Origin: a virus
DNA length: 64,000 nucleotides
Virus record (IMG/VR): IMGVR_UViG_3300025520_000001
Span: 1 to 64,000 of that record
Strand: one strand, 5' to 3'
The notes under the pieces were generated by a model that ran no database searches, was not told the DNA's origin, and was given only the letters and a program-made list of their open reading frames with translations. Positions 48,373-56,610 of this stretch are shown one piece after another; within the stretch, counting starts at the first letter, position 1, and the number at the start of each line of letters is the position of its first letter. The translations under genes and the position numbers were made by a program.

Positions 48373-48636
48373 GGCTTACGCGAGCTTATCGACGCACAGC
48401 TTAGCTCCTCGACGTGCAAGCAAATCCACGCCACGGGCGTTGCCACCGTTAGGACCGCCTTTCGCAAACCTCGTACTTCCACTTCTCCATGGCCGCAATA
48501 GAAGGCAACCACTTCCACGAAGTGCTGCAGGTTCACTTATGCCTCAGCCTAACCTACTGTAGTTGCTGTACTAGAGTCGTGTTCATACAGTAGGACTCTC
48601 GCAATCTGAGGTCTTCGTTCGACATGTGGGTATACG

Positions 48637-48684
48637 TTCGGATTAGTACTGTACTCGTGGGGTGCGCCGGCGTAGCAGTGTCAG
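48637..48684 (-). promoter_or_regulatory. regulatory cassette (CTGACACTGCTACGC + CCGAACGTATAC)
   Basis: gcgtagcagtgtcag at 48670-48684; ttcgga at 48637-48642. Immediately downstream (minus sense) of the 48701-48742 terminator. Confidence 0.55.
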
Positions 48685-48700
48685 TTGACATAGTCCCCTC

Positions 48701-48742
48701 AAAATAAAAAAGGCGGATAGGCCCAGTTGGCCTATCCGCCTT
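48701..48742 (-). terminator. rho-independent terminator
   Basis: Minus-sense AAGGCGGATAGGCC-AACTG-GGCCTATCCGCCTT followed by TTTTTATTTT, 18 nt after the stop of 48761..50578. Confidence 0.85.
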
Positions 48743-48760
48743 AATTAACTTAATTCTATT

Positions 48761-50578
48761 TTAGTACTGACAACCGGGCCAGGTAATAGGATACCAAGCG
48801 CCATTAAAATAGCAACCCTGGTCTACAACCTGTCCACGGTACATCAGATCAAAAACGACACCATTCTGACGATCCACCATACTGAGACCAAAGATAGCCT
48901 TAGGTGCATTGAGTGGATTACCGGGAGCTGGAGGAAGCTGAGACCAGCCAGAGTATGTCGTATTACCATAGCGACCATTGCTATATAGATCGTTTTGGTC
49001 GTTGAGGACATACATTCCGTTCACGTCACCATTAGATCGACCGTTGTTATTGGCAACTCCATTCGGCCAACCGTGAATACCTTCAATTGCGTTAGCTGAG
49101 ATTGCCCACGCTTTTCCAAAAGAACTATCATGTGGTGCAAACACGAGTTCGCGTGTCGTGCGGGAACGAGAACCATCGCTGTATATTAAGCTGCAGTAAT
49201 AGGTGTTGCCCCAACCACTGATATTGCGCATAGATCCACACGAGACCGCGCCAACGCGTCCAGTAAGGATTGACGCTGTTCCAGTGAAATCTCCCAATCT
49301 GCTAGGTGCGAGCAGTTGCTTGGTTATAGTCCAAGCTGACGCACTGTCAGGACCCCAAGACGAGCTTCCGCAGTTGAATGCAGCATACAGGGTGTTTCCA
49401 CAGCTAACATACACCGGCGTAACTCCCGCTGGAATAGTCGCGACAACAAGACTGGGAGTAACCGTAAATGCATCAATACCTACAGCAACAATCCGGTCGG
49501 AGATGGGATCATAAGTGGCTGTATGAATTGAAACTATGCCAGAATTGCTTGATAAAACTCTGCCACGAAAAGTCCAGTTCCTGCCATTATCATCAGAGGT
49601 GAACACCGCGTTGTACATGAACACCCACGTCTTATTCCTGACATGATCTCTAACGATCGCGGGAGTAGGAGTGTAGAGTTCACTCCCAGGGAGTGTAGCG
49701 TAGTTGCCAGTCTGCGGTGTATTGGGAGGCACGCGAGCGTCGAACCAGACGTTCGTAGGACTAGTGAACGTGTACTGAAAAGGAACCCAGATTTGGTTCT
49801 GCGTCTGAAGGTGCAGAATCGCGTAGCAGTTTGCGATATCGTAACCCTGACAGTCATACTGCATGGCAGCAGGTGACGATCTACTTGTACGCATGAAACG
49901 TAAGTTACCCACAGTATCTACGTCTACGCAGTCGATTGAATCCTTTACTGTGTTATCAGCGCAAGCAAAAGGAGTGTGACCTAAACTACGGTCAGGAAAT
50001 GCTGCGTGCCGTTGGGGCTCATACCAACCATACAAGTACTGCTTTCTGACAATAGGCCAAGAAGCAAGGCCACCTTGAGTAGCGTTCAGACGAGACGCGG
50101 GTGTGTTTAAGCTACCAGTGCCGGAACCAGTTCCGGTTAGCGCATTCATTGCAGAAGCGAAGATAGCGTGCACTGCATCATGCCCCGGAAGATCACCAGA
50201 GAACTGAGTCGATGTGCCGATGGATGCCTGGAAATTTCCATTAGCGCATGACGCATATCCTGTGCCAACGGTGATAACTGAAAAGGATGACTGGCAGGAC
50301 GTGGCGCTGGTCGTACCAGCGTAATAATAGCGATACTTAGAGCCAGAAGCTCTCAGCATTGAGAGTGCTTGGTTGACAATGCCAATGGGAACTGGAATGC
50401 CACCGGGTGGAGGAGGAATACCTGGAGGCCAAATAGTAGAAGGTACTGATGAATGGACATATACAGGAACGTCGATTACAGTTCCGTTAGGCCATGACGC
50501 ACTTGAAAGCTCCGAGAAAGCCTGAGCTTGAGCAACAACAGAGAACATGAGAATACATAAAAATAGAAACTTTTTCAT
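48761..50578 (-). CDS. secreted BNR/Asp-box-containing protein (beta-propeller-like; possible glycosidase or receptor-binding protein)
   Basis: 605 aa. Signal peptide MKKFLFLCILMFSVVAQAQA, Asp-box TSDDNGRNW, rich in G/S/T/N/Y/W. Confidence 0.75.
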   Translation of the reverse strand: MKKFLFLCILMFSVVAQAQAFSELSSASWPNGTVIDVPVYVHSSVPSTIWPPGIPPPPGGIPVPIGIVNQALSMLRASGSKYRYYYAGTTSATSCQSSFSVITVGTGYASCANGNFQASIGTSTQFSGDLPGHDAVHAIFASAMNALTGTGSGTGSLNTPASRLNATQGGLASWPIVRKQYLYGWYEPQRHAAFPDRSLGHTPFACADNTVKDSIDCVDVDTVGNLRFMRTSRSSPAAMQYDCQGYDIANCYAILHLQTQNQIWVPFQYTFTSPTNVWFDARVPPNTPQTGNYATLPGSELYTPTPAIVRDHVRNKTWVFMYNAVFTSDDNGRNWTFRGRVLSSNSGIVSIHTATYDPISDRIVAVGIDAFTVTPSLVVATIPAGVTPVYVSCGNTLYAAFNCGSSSWGPDSASAWTITKQLLAPSRLGDFTGTASILTGRVGAVSCGSMRNISGWGNTYYCSLIYSDGSRSRTTRELVFAPHDSSFGKAWAISANAIEGIHGWPNGVANNNGRSNGDVNGMYVLNDQNDLYSNGRYGNTTYSGWSQLPPAPGNPLNAPKAIFGLSMVDRQNGVVFDLMYRGQVVDQGCYFNGAWYPITWPGCQY

Positions 50579-50634
50579 TTCTTTCCTTTTGTTAGAAACG
50601 CACTACGACGACATCTTATTGATACTTCGAGTGT

Positions 50635-50862
50635 TTAAGGAGAAGCTTCCTGCTTAAGCAGCTGATCGACGATGAGCTTGCGGATAGGCTGGAATAGCAC
50701 AAAGTCTATTACGGCGATAAGAGTAATGAAGAGGCCCCAGAAGAGAATTTCATTCTGAGTAATAACTTCCACAAGTGCGACGCAGAGATACGCCACATAC
50801 ATTGTGAGTGTCATGTAAGGAATTGCATAAGCAATAAACTTCAGCAGTCGATTCTTGGTCAT
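50635..50862 (-). CDS. small membrane protein
   Basis: ORF track 75 aa, two TM helices. Confidence 0.6.
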   Translation of the reverse strand: MTKNRLLKFIAYAIPYMTLTMYVAYLCVALVEVITQNEILFWGLFITLIAVIDFVLFQPIRKLIVDQLLKQEASP

Positions 50863-50869
50863 TTTAGTT

Positions 50870-51322
50870 TCACTTAGTGTGTTTAGAGATTACGGCCGAG
50901 AGGTCTTTAAGAAGCTCAGTTCGCTTGGCATCTGAATCTACAGCTCTATTGTAGAGATCCTTATTATTAGCGATGATACTGTTCCAGTTTTTCTCGTAAT
51001 ATTCGCGCTGAGCCATTTCTTCTCCGCAGGCTTTTGCGTGTGCAGAGACTTCTGCTTGCAATTCCTTGTTTCGCTTACGAAGCTCGGCTAGCCTAGTACG
51101 CATGGTATCCATGGCGTCTCTGACAGCAGCAGGAACCGCGGTTACATCTGCGGTTCGCGGCTCGTCGCACGCACCGACGCTGAACTCGTCTAGATATGAG
51201 TCTACGCTACGAAGAGCAGCCTCATACTCATCTCGCTTATCAAAAACAGAATTGAGGCCAGGCTGACAACGCCTGCACCAACAGTGGTCGTCATACTGGT
51301 CATGCTCAAAATGTTCTTTCAC
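50870..51322 (-). CDS. hypothetical protein
   Basis: ORF track 150 aa. Confidence 0.7.
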   Translation of the reverse strand: MKEHFEHDQYDDHCWCRRCQPGLNSVFDKRDEYEAALRSVDSYLDEFSVGACDEPRTADVTAVPAAVRDAMDTMRTRLAELRKRNKELQAEVSAHAKACGEEMAQREYYEKNWNSIIANNKDLYNRAVDSDAKRTELLKDLSAVISKHTK

Positions 51323-51326
51323 TTGT

Positions 51327-51881
51327 TTACCTTATTCTTCCCGGATGCCACGGACGGACAACTATCATCCTGCGGCGAACTATTTGTTCCGGTACCGGAA
51401 CATCATCTTCATCTTCATAGCAGAACCAAGCCTTGAGGAAGGCTTTGTGCGTTACTGCTGTGTACTTTCCAAGTACAGGCTCCATCATGTAAATATAGTT
51501 GTGGTCCATACCACATACAACTGAGTAATGTCCGCCGCCATCGTAGTCCCACAGGACGATTACTGGACCATTGCGTAGTTCGGCTTTCAACTTTGAGAGA
51601 GAAGCGCCATCTTCCATGGTAGCGAAGAAGCCTGCTCTGCGGCTCGCAAGCACTAATCCTTCACTCCAGGTCCCGTACTTGCGAGATGCACCAGACCACT
51701 CGGCTACACGCTTTTCAGTAACTCTGAGTCCATAGAATCGCATGATACTGGTGAGCGAAGCAGGACCACAGTAATTCGTGGTCTGCAGTACTAACGGAAC
51801 CTTATGTTTCCTAAGTCGCTTGGTGGCCACGTGACCCTCTCGGGGTCTATTATACCTGTGGCATGGCCTCCCAACGACCAT
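51327..51881 (-). CDS. C39-like (papain-fold) cysteine peptidase
   Basis: 184 aa. TTNYCGPASLTSIMRFYG (Cys) and GGGHYSVVCGMD (His). Confidence 0.75.
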   Translation of the reverse strand: MVVGRPCHRYNRPREGHVATKRLRKHKVPLVLQTTNYCGPASLTSIMRFYGLRVTEKRVAEWSGASRKYGTWSEGLVLASRRAGFFATMEDGASLSKLKAELRNGPVIVLWDYDGGGHYSVVCGMDHNYIYMMEPVLGKYTAVTHKAFLKAWFCYEDEDDVPVPEQIVRRRMIVVRPWHPGRIR

Positions 51882-51900
51882 AGTGGGTCAACTTAGACCC

Positions 51901-52080
51901 TCACTTATTTTCTGAGAGACCTTTGAGCCATTCTTTGAATGCAGGCCGTGGGTCCACTTCGGCTTCAGCAGCGACCTTAACTGCTTCTCTAAGTCCAATG
52001 CGGCGACCTCGCTCCCGTCCCCACATGTAGCCAGTATAGTGGGCAAGTGCCCACCCAATTAACAAAAACACAGTTCCCAT
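51901..52080 (-). CDS. small TM protein (59 aa)
   Basis: Hand-translated MGTVFLLIGWALAHYTGYMWGRERGRRIGLREAVKVAAEAEVDPRPAFKEWLKGLSENK. Confidence 0.45.
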   Translation of the reverse strand: MGTVFLLIGWALAHYTGYMWGRERGRRIGLREAVKVAAEAEVDPRPAFKEWLKGLSENK

Positions 52081-52251
52081 TTACTTATCTCTCTTTGACT
52101 GCTTTGACAGCACTTCTGCGATTGCCCACTCAATGAGTCCGGAGCATTCGCTGGGAAGTACTTGTCCCCAGTGCTTGCAGGTCTTCTTGTGGTGGTCGCC
52201 ACATTTCTCACCACAGGTAGCACACAACGTCATCGGGTCTGGGATGTCCAT
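52081..52251 (-). CDS. small Cys-containing protein
   Basis: ATG at 52251 (MDIPDPMTLCATCGEKCGDHHKKTCKHW...) in ORF 52081..52326. Confidence 0.5.
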   Translation of the reverse strand: MDIPDPMTLCATCGEKCGDHHKKTCKHWGQVLPSECSGLIEWAIAEVLSKQSKRDK

Positions 52252-52252
52252 T

Positions 52253-52696
52253 TCATTCCTCTTCACTGCGGTCTGGGTCGAAGTAGTCTTCGGCTTCGGT
52301 CTTGTACTCTTCCTTCGCTTCTCCATCGACGAGAATTTGAGCGAGTCGCTTCACCTGATGCCATGAGAGACGAATTCCGGCGGCTTCAGTTCTGTGAGCA
52401 AAGAAGTAGCTGAAGCAGATCTGCTTGATCTGAAATCTGAGGTCTTCAGGGTTCTTCTTGTAGCCATCCGGGTCGTCGAGCCACTTGCGAAAGCGGACAA
52501 GACCTTCCTCGAAGACTCGCTGGTCTTGCTTCAGACGAGTGTTCACCTCATCTTCAATCCAGACCCAAAGACCTCGCTTACGGCCATCCTTGGTGACAAA
52601 CAGCTTGGTGAAAAACAAGCTGTCAGGGTAGCGAAAGCCACCGAGAGTTCTGTTTCCCTCGCGGGGAGAGTGATACACCATCTTGTCATCGCTCAT
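52253..52696 (-). CDS. hypothetical protein
   Basis: ORF track 147 aa. Confidence 0.7.
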   Translation of the reverse strand: MSDDKMVYHSPREGNRTLGGFRYPDSLFFTKLFVTKDGRKRGLWVWIEDEVNTRLKQDQRVFEEGLVRFRKWLDDPDGYKKNPEDLRFQIKQICFSYFFAHRTEAAGIRLSWHQVKRLAQILVDGEAKEEYKTEAEDYFDPDRSEEE

Positions 52697-52920
52697 GGCA
52701 TCTTTCTTTGGTGGAGCTTATCCCACTCCACTAAGCAGTGGGTACAGGTAGCAAGAACAACATGAGGCGTGAACTCTTCGTAGATGTCGCCTGGTATGAG
52801 CACGAACTGTGTATCGCAGAATCCAAAAGCCACTGGATATGCAGCGCGTTTCTCGATACGCTGATTACACCAGTAACCCTCATCCAGCGAGAGAGTCTCT
52901 ATGCTTTTGAGCAGATGCAT
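52693..52920 (-). CDS. hypothetical protein
   Basis: ORF track 75 aa. Confidence 0.55.
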   Translation of the reverse strand: MHLLKSIETLSLDEGYWCNQRIEKRAAYPVAFGFCDTQFVLIPGDIYEEFTPHVVLATCTHCLVEWDKLHQRKMP

Positions 52921-53543
52921 TACGGGTTTCTCTTCAACAGCTGCTCCAGTTGCTCGATAGCCCGCGGAGTATTCACGGCCAACTTGAGTTCTTCAGACTT
53001 GCCATCACGCTCAGCTTCGAGCCACTCCTTGAAATCTACCACGGCTTTGCGGAGCTCTTGACTTCGAGCCATGAGAGCATTTCGCTCGGCGACAATCAAG
53101 GTGACTCCTTCTACGAGAGTCATGTGGTAAACCTCGGGAGGAAGAGCATCGGCAATAGCCTGTCTCACGGAGCCCAGCTTCTTCAGCGTCTCGTCGCGCT
53201 CCTTAAGCGCATGCTTGAGCGTGCTGATGGTCTGCTCGAGCGTCTTGCGTGGTGGCGTGTTCGCCCAACCGAGCATGGCAGCGATGGAGTCAATGGTCTG
53301 CTGCGCCTCTTTGAGAGCACGCTGCGTTTCTTGGAGCGGACTCGTATTGTCAGCCATCCGGCCTTCCAGCAGACGCTTGGTATCGTCCGAAAGGAAGTTG
53401 AGCTGCTGAGCCCTTGTCACCATGGAGGGATTGCTGCCGTGCAGCAACTTCTCGTTCACCACGTCGTTGACGAACTCGACCGCCGCATCACGCTGGCGAA
53501 CCACGCGAGCCAGCTCATCTCGAACCATCTTCAGTTCATCCAT
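52920..53543 (-). CDS. coiled-coil hypothetical protein
   Basis: ORF track 207 aa. Confidence 0.7.
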   Translation of the reverse strand: MDELKMVRDELARVVRQRDAAVEFVNDVVNEKLLHGSNPSMVTRAQQLNFLSDDTKRLLEGRMADNTSPLQETQRALKEAQQTIDSIAAMLGWANTPPRKTLEQTISTLKHALKERDETLKKLGSVRQAIADALPPEVYHMTLVEGVTLIVAERNALMARSQELRKAVVDFKEWLEAERDGKSEELKLAVNTPRAIEQLEQLLKRNP

Positions 53544-53567
53544 GGTGTTATTTCTTTCCGTTCTTGA

Positions 53568-53966
53568 TTACTTTGTTCGCCGCGACTTCGTGGCTTCGTT
53601 GTACACAGTCAAGTCTCCGATGAGAGACTCGAACATCTGGCGCATGTTCGGGTTGTTCTCGAACATGCGATGTCCGCTGTTAAGCTTCGACCGAGCCTCT
53701 CCAACGAAGGTTTCAGCGGCCCAGTGTTCCACGCCGGTCAAGCGCTTGACAATCCGAAGGGCATCGCTAATACGCTCGTCGTTGAGAGCAGACAAGAGAT
53801 CAGCGATGTCTTCGGCATCGAGTTCTCGAGGCGGAGGAGGAAACATCTGGTCGAGCTTCTTCTTGAGCTCACGAAGCTCTTGCTCCTCAACGTCTGCGTG
53901 AATCTTGTCCTTGTTGACATCAACGATGGTGATGCTGTAAGTCTTCTTCTCGGCGATGGTGACCAT
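53568..53966 (-). CDS. paralog of 55525..55959 (diverged bL12-CTD-like segment)
   Basis: 132 aa. MVTIAEKKTYSITIV... and ISDALRIVKRLTGVEHWAAETFVGEA align with [12 protein letters not shown]... and [30 protein letters not shown]. Confidence 0.65.
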   Translation of the reverse strand: MVTIAEKKTYSITIVDVNKDKIHADVEEQELRELKKKLDQMFPPPPRELDAEDIADLLSALNDERISDALRIVKRLTGVEHWAAETFVGEARSKLNSGHRMFENNPNMRQMFESLIGDLTVYNEATKSRRTK

Positions 53967-54014
53967 GCCAAAACTCCTTTCTTTATCCAGCGTACATGTG
54001 AATGTACGTTCGGA

Positions 54015-54200
54015 TTAGTCTGCGCTTTCCCGGAAGTACTCGTCAATGCGTTTATTGTTTTGCTCAATAAACTTGTCAAGTACTTTATCCCTACTGTCTT
54101 TAGACCACAAAGATAGTAGGTGGCCGTTGCAGATTAGACAAGCAACAAGTCGCTCTTTTGTTAGGAGATCCGTGTAGGAGACTGGCTTTGCAATGCTCAC
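54015..54200 (-). CDS. LxLxS mini-protein family member
   Basis: ORF track 61 aa. RLVACLICNGHLLSLWSKDSRDKVLDKF. Confidence 0.5.
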   Translation of the reverse strand: MSIAKPVSYTDLLTKERLVACLICNGHLLSLWSKDSRDKVLDKFIEQNNKRIDEYFRESAD

Positions 54201-54201
54201 A

Positions 54202-54399
54202 CTATCTCCCGTTTAAGTGATTAATCCGAGCTTGCTCGAGGATCTCGTCAATGCCCTGCCTTTGACGAGAGTATAGGTCTTCGAGCTCTTTTCTTATTGT
54301 CCACAGACTCAAGCGATACCCGAGCAACACAAACTTAGCGAGGCATAGGTATTGCTCTGATAAGTGTGCTACAGTTGGACTTTTTTTAAGCAAGCTCAA
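54202..54399 (-). CDS. LxLxS mini-protein family member
   Basis: ORF track 65 aa. QYLCLAKFVLLGYRLSLWTIRKELEDLY. Confidence 0.5.
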   Translation of the reverse strand: MSLLKKSPTVAHLSEQYLCLAKFVLLGYRLSLWTIRKELEDLYSRQRQGIDEILEQARINHLNGR

Positions 54400-54739
54400 T
54401 TTCTACAGCCACCTTCATGCGAGGAGAGATGGACGAAAGAACATGAGAGACGCGGATGTTCTCAATTGGAGTTGGAGTGTACTTCTGGCCGACTAAGTAT
54501 TCCACGTATTCTACCGCTGCCGCTTGTGTGGGAAATGAGAAATACTGTATGGTCTCGATGTGCTCGGTATGCTCAGGATAGCCATGACCAGGCGCAACTC
54601 GAGAGCGCTCATCGCCTGGAACCCAGATGCTATCGGTTTTGTGGACAATTACTGCCCAATGTTCAGCAGTCGGAATGTCTTTGAGCGACCTTGCCGGCGT
54701 CACTGCGTACAGTTCGCGATCTCGTTGGTTGCTTACCAT
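54386..54739 (-). CDS. hypothetical protein
   Basis: ORF track 117 aa. Confidence 0.65.
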   Translation of the reverse strand: MVSNQRDRELYAVTPARSLKDIPTAEHWAVIVHKTDSIWVPGDERSRVAPGHGYPEHTEHIETIQYFSFPTQAAAVEYVEYLVGQKYTPTPIENIRVSHVLSSISPRMKVAVEIELA

Positions 54740-54921
54740 ATGCTGTGTTTCCTTGCTGCCTCTTTGAGGCGTGCTGCTGTTATATCCACCATTGCCTTTG
54801 TCAAGGCACTTTCGCTGAACAGTTTTAGTTTACAGCATTTCTTTAAGAAAAAGCGCACAAGGAAATAGCCTCGCACGAGACTATCTGGTGAATATTTGCG
54901 GCCTACGCTCGCACTGTGCAT
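54733..54921 (-). CDS. LxLxS mini-protein family member
   Basis: ORF track 62 aa. GYFLVRFFLKKCCKLKLFSESALTKAMVDI. Confidence 0.5.
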   Translation of the reverse strand: MHSASVGRKYSPDSLVRGYFLVRFFLKKCCKLKLFSESALTKAMVDITAARLKEAARKHSIW

Positions 54922-54922
54922 A

Positions 54923-55150
54923 TTAAAACTGCAGCTGAGGCACGAGCTCGAGAAAATCGTAGCTGTTCTGCACGATGTTCTCGTTGTCCACTACGAAGAC
55001 TGACAGCACATCGACCCATGCCAAACTAAGGTCTTGCGCCTGTTCAGGTTCAGTGGCTCCGCCATCGCGCCACGCGGTCACTTCAAACACCGTACCAGCC
55101 TTATATTCTTGACCGCGAGTTCCGGCTGCGACAGCATACACTTTCGGCAC
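54923..55150 (-). CDS. hypothetical protein
   Basis: ORF track 75 aa. Confidence 0.6.
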   Translation of the reverse strand: MPKVYAVAAGTRGQEYKAGTVFEVTAWRDGGATEPEQAQDLSLAWVDVLSVFVVDNENIVQNSYDFLELVPQLQF

Positions 55151-55243
55151 TTGAGACTCCCTCTTCCAAAGTTGTTTGTTGCACTAAAAGAACCATGCGT
55201 GGCTCTCGTTGAGAGTCTAGAACACCTGTGCCGCGCATGGTTG

Positions 55244-55357
55244 TTATACGTTCGGATACGCGCCAGTGTACCACCTAAACTTTTCATACCACGCTTCCTG
55301 TGCTATCTCTCTTTCAGTTTTACGAGAAATAAGTTCAAGCTTGCGAAGCACCGCCAT
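55244..55357 (-). CDS. LxLIS mini-protein family member, N-terminally short (37 aa)
   Basis: MAVLRKLELISRKTEREIAQEAWYEKFRWYTGAYPNV. The family-like sequence YDAVIDL continues upstream without a start codon. A CCGAAC box lies in its last codons. Confidence 0.25.
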   Translation of the reverse strand: MAVLRKLELISRKTEREIAQEAWYEKFRWYTGAYPNV

Positions 55358-55373
55358 CAAGTCTATGACGGCG

Positions 55374-55514
55374 TCATAATTTAGCGCGCGAAATCAGCAG
55401 GTCCCAGTATGCAACGCATACTTGCTTGTAGGTCTCAGGCTGCACAATATGTAGCTTCTTAAGCACTATCAAGAAGTATATAACTGTGCTCGGATGGTCG
55501 CGTAGTTGCAACAT
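55374..55514 (-). CDS. LxL mini-protein family member (46 aa)
   Basis: Hand-translated MLQLRDHPSTVIYFLIVLKKLHIVQPETYKQVCVAYWDLLISRAKL. Confidence 0.4.
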   Translation of the reverse strand: MLQLRDHPSTVIYFLIVLKKLHIVQPETYKQVCVAYWDLLISRAKL

Positions 55515-55524
55515 GAATCTTTAA

Positions 55525-55959
55525 TTAGTCGTTCAAGAAGTTCTTGACGGTGTTGAGGTACAGCCGGCGGTTGAAGAAGAGCTCCCTCACCGCCTCAACC
55601 CGAGGGTTGTCGAACAGAGACGTGTAGTTGCGACCGGAATTGGTATTCTTGAGGTGACCCACGAAGTACTCCACGAGGTCCTTGGCCTCCTTGAGGCCGA
55701 TGCGGTTGTCTCCGTTGATGGTGGCACCGCCAATCTCGCGGATCACCTTGATGCAGTCGATGTGGCTGGGGTTGTCGCTACCCAACATCGAGATGAGCTG
55801 ATCCAGCTTGACCTCGAGGTTGCGCTGCTCAACCGTGATCACGTTGGTCTGAGCAAACTCGTTCTGCAGCTGACGGAGGAGATCCAGCGCCTCAGCTTCG
55901 GCGAGTCGAAGTTCATGAGCGTTGAGGATGAGGGTGTACGAGCGCTTGAGCGTGACCAT
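55525..55959 (-). CDS. protein with ribosomal bL12 (L7/L12) C-terminal-domain-like segment
   Basis: 144 aa. [30 protein letters not shown] versus E. coli bL12 [21 protein letters not shown], with 10 identical consecutive residues ([10 protein letters not shown]). Confidence 0.7.
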   Translation of the reverse strand: [144 protein letters not shown]

Positions 55960-55988
55960 GATGGTTGCCTTTCAAGTGTAAGTCGTTT

Positions 55989-56010
55989 AAGAAAACAGAG
56001 GTCGCCTCTG
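55989..56010 (-). terminator. terminator-like hairpin inside a 5' leader (attenuator candidate)
   Basis: Minus-sense CAGAGG-CGA-CCTCTG followed by TTTTCTT. Lies between the CCGAAC box (56040) and the ATG at 55959. Confidence 0.45.
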
Positions 56011-56064
56011 TACTCTTCTGGTTGACATGCGATTGTATGTTCGGTTTAGTAACCTAAATTAGCC

Positions 56065-56205
56065 CTAGAACAGTCTGTGTCTAAGTCGAGTCATCACTAT
56101 TATTCCTGTGTCGACTTTTATGATTCCGAGATTTACCATCATGCGCAGCACATCGTGATAGTGGTTGTACTCGTCTCTAGAAATCATTGTTATGACTGAG
56201 TCCAT
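56065..56205 (-). CDS. LxLIS mini-protein family member (array III-5, 46 aa)
   Basis: MDSVITMISRDEYNHYHDVLRMMVNLGIIKVDTGIIVMTRLRHRLF. Confidence 0.45.
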   Translation of the reverse strand: MDSVITMISRDEYNHYHDVLRMMVNLGIIKVDTGIIVMTRLRHRLF

Positions 56206-56339
56206 GGTTTCTTTGCCATAGTTTTCGTGGCTTCCACTCTGCTATCTTCGGCGATTAGACCCAAATCCTTTAACAGCCAAAAGAAAAAGTATAGTCGCCT
56301 GCGCTGCGGCTGGCTTAGTTTTAGATCACTTTCTTCCAT
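56190..56339 (-). CDS. LxLIS mini-protein family member (array III-4, 49 aa)
   Basis: MEESDLKLSQPQRRRLYFFFWLLKDLGLIAEDSRVEATKTMAKKPWTQS. Confidence 0.45.
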   Translation of the reverse strand: MEESDLKLSQPQRRRLYFFFWLLKDLGLIAEDSRVEATKTMAKKPWTQS

Positions 56340-56452
56340 ATCAATCTTGAAACTTCAAATCTTGTCTGCTCTGAGACAAGTTTTAGGTCCAACATCAGCC
56401 ACACTAATCCGTATAGCTGTTCTGCACGCTCAACAGTTATTTGTTTAAGCAT
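56321..56452 (-). CDS. LxLIS mini-protein family member (array III-3, 43 aa)
   Basis: MLKQITVERAEQLYGLVWLMLDLKLVSEQTRFEVSRLIWKKVI. Confidence 0.45.
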   Translation of the reverse strand: MLKQITVERAEQLYGLVWLMLDLKLVSEQTRFEVSRLIWKKVI

Positions 56453-56478
56453 TAATGCTCATTGCTCACGCAGTTGCT

Positions 56479-56610
56479 TTACTTAAGCATCTTTGGGAGA
56501 CGCGCTGCAGCGAGCCTTGTCGCTATTTGTCTAGTATTCATTCCGATAAGCTTTAGGTCCACCATCATCCAGAGGAAATGATAGAGCGCATAGTATTTAC
56601 TTGGTTGCAT
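56479..56610 (-). CDS. LxLIS mini-protein family member (array III-2, 43 aa)
   Basis: MQPSKYYALYHFLWMMVDLKLIGMNTRQIATRLAAARLPKMLK. Confidence 0.45.
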   Translation of the reverse strand: MQPSKYYALYHFLWMMVDLKLIGMNTRQIATRLAAARLPKMLK

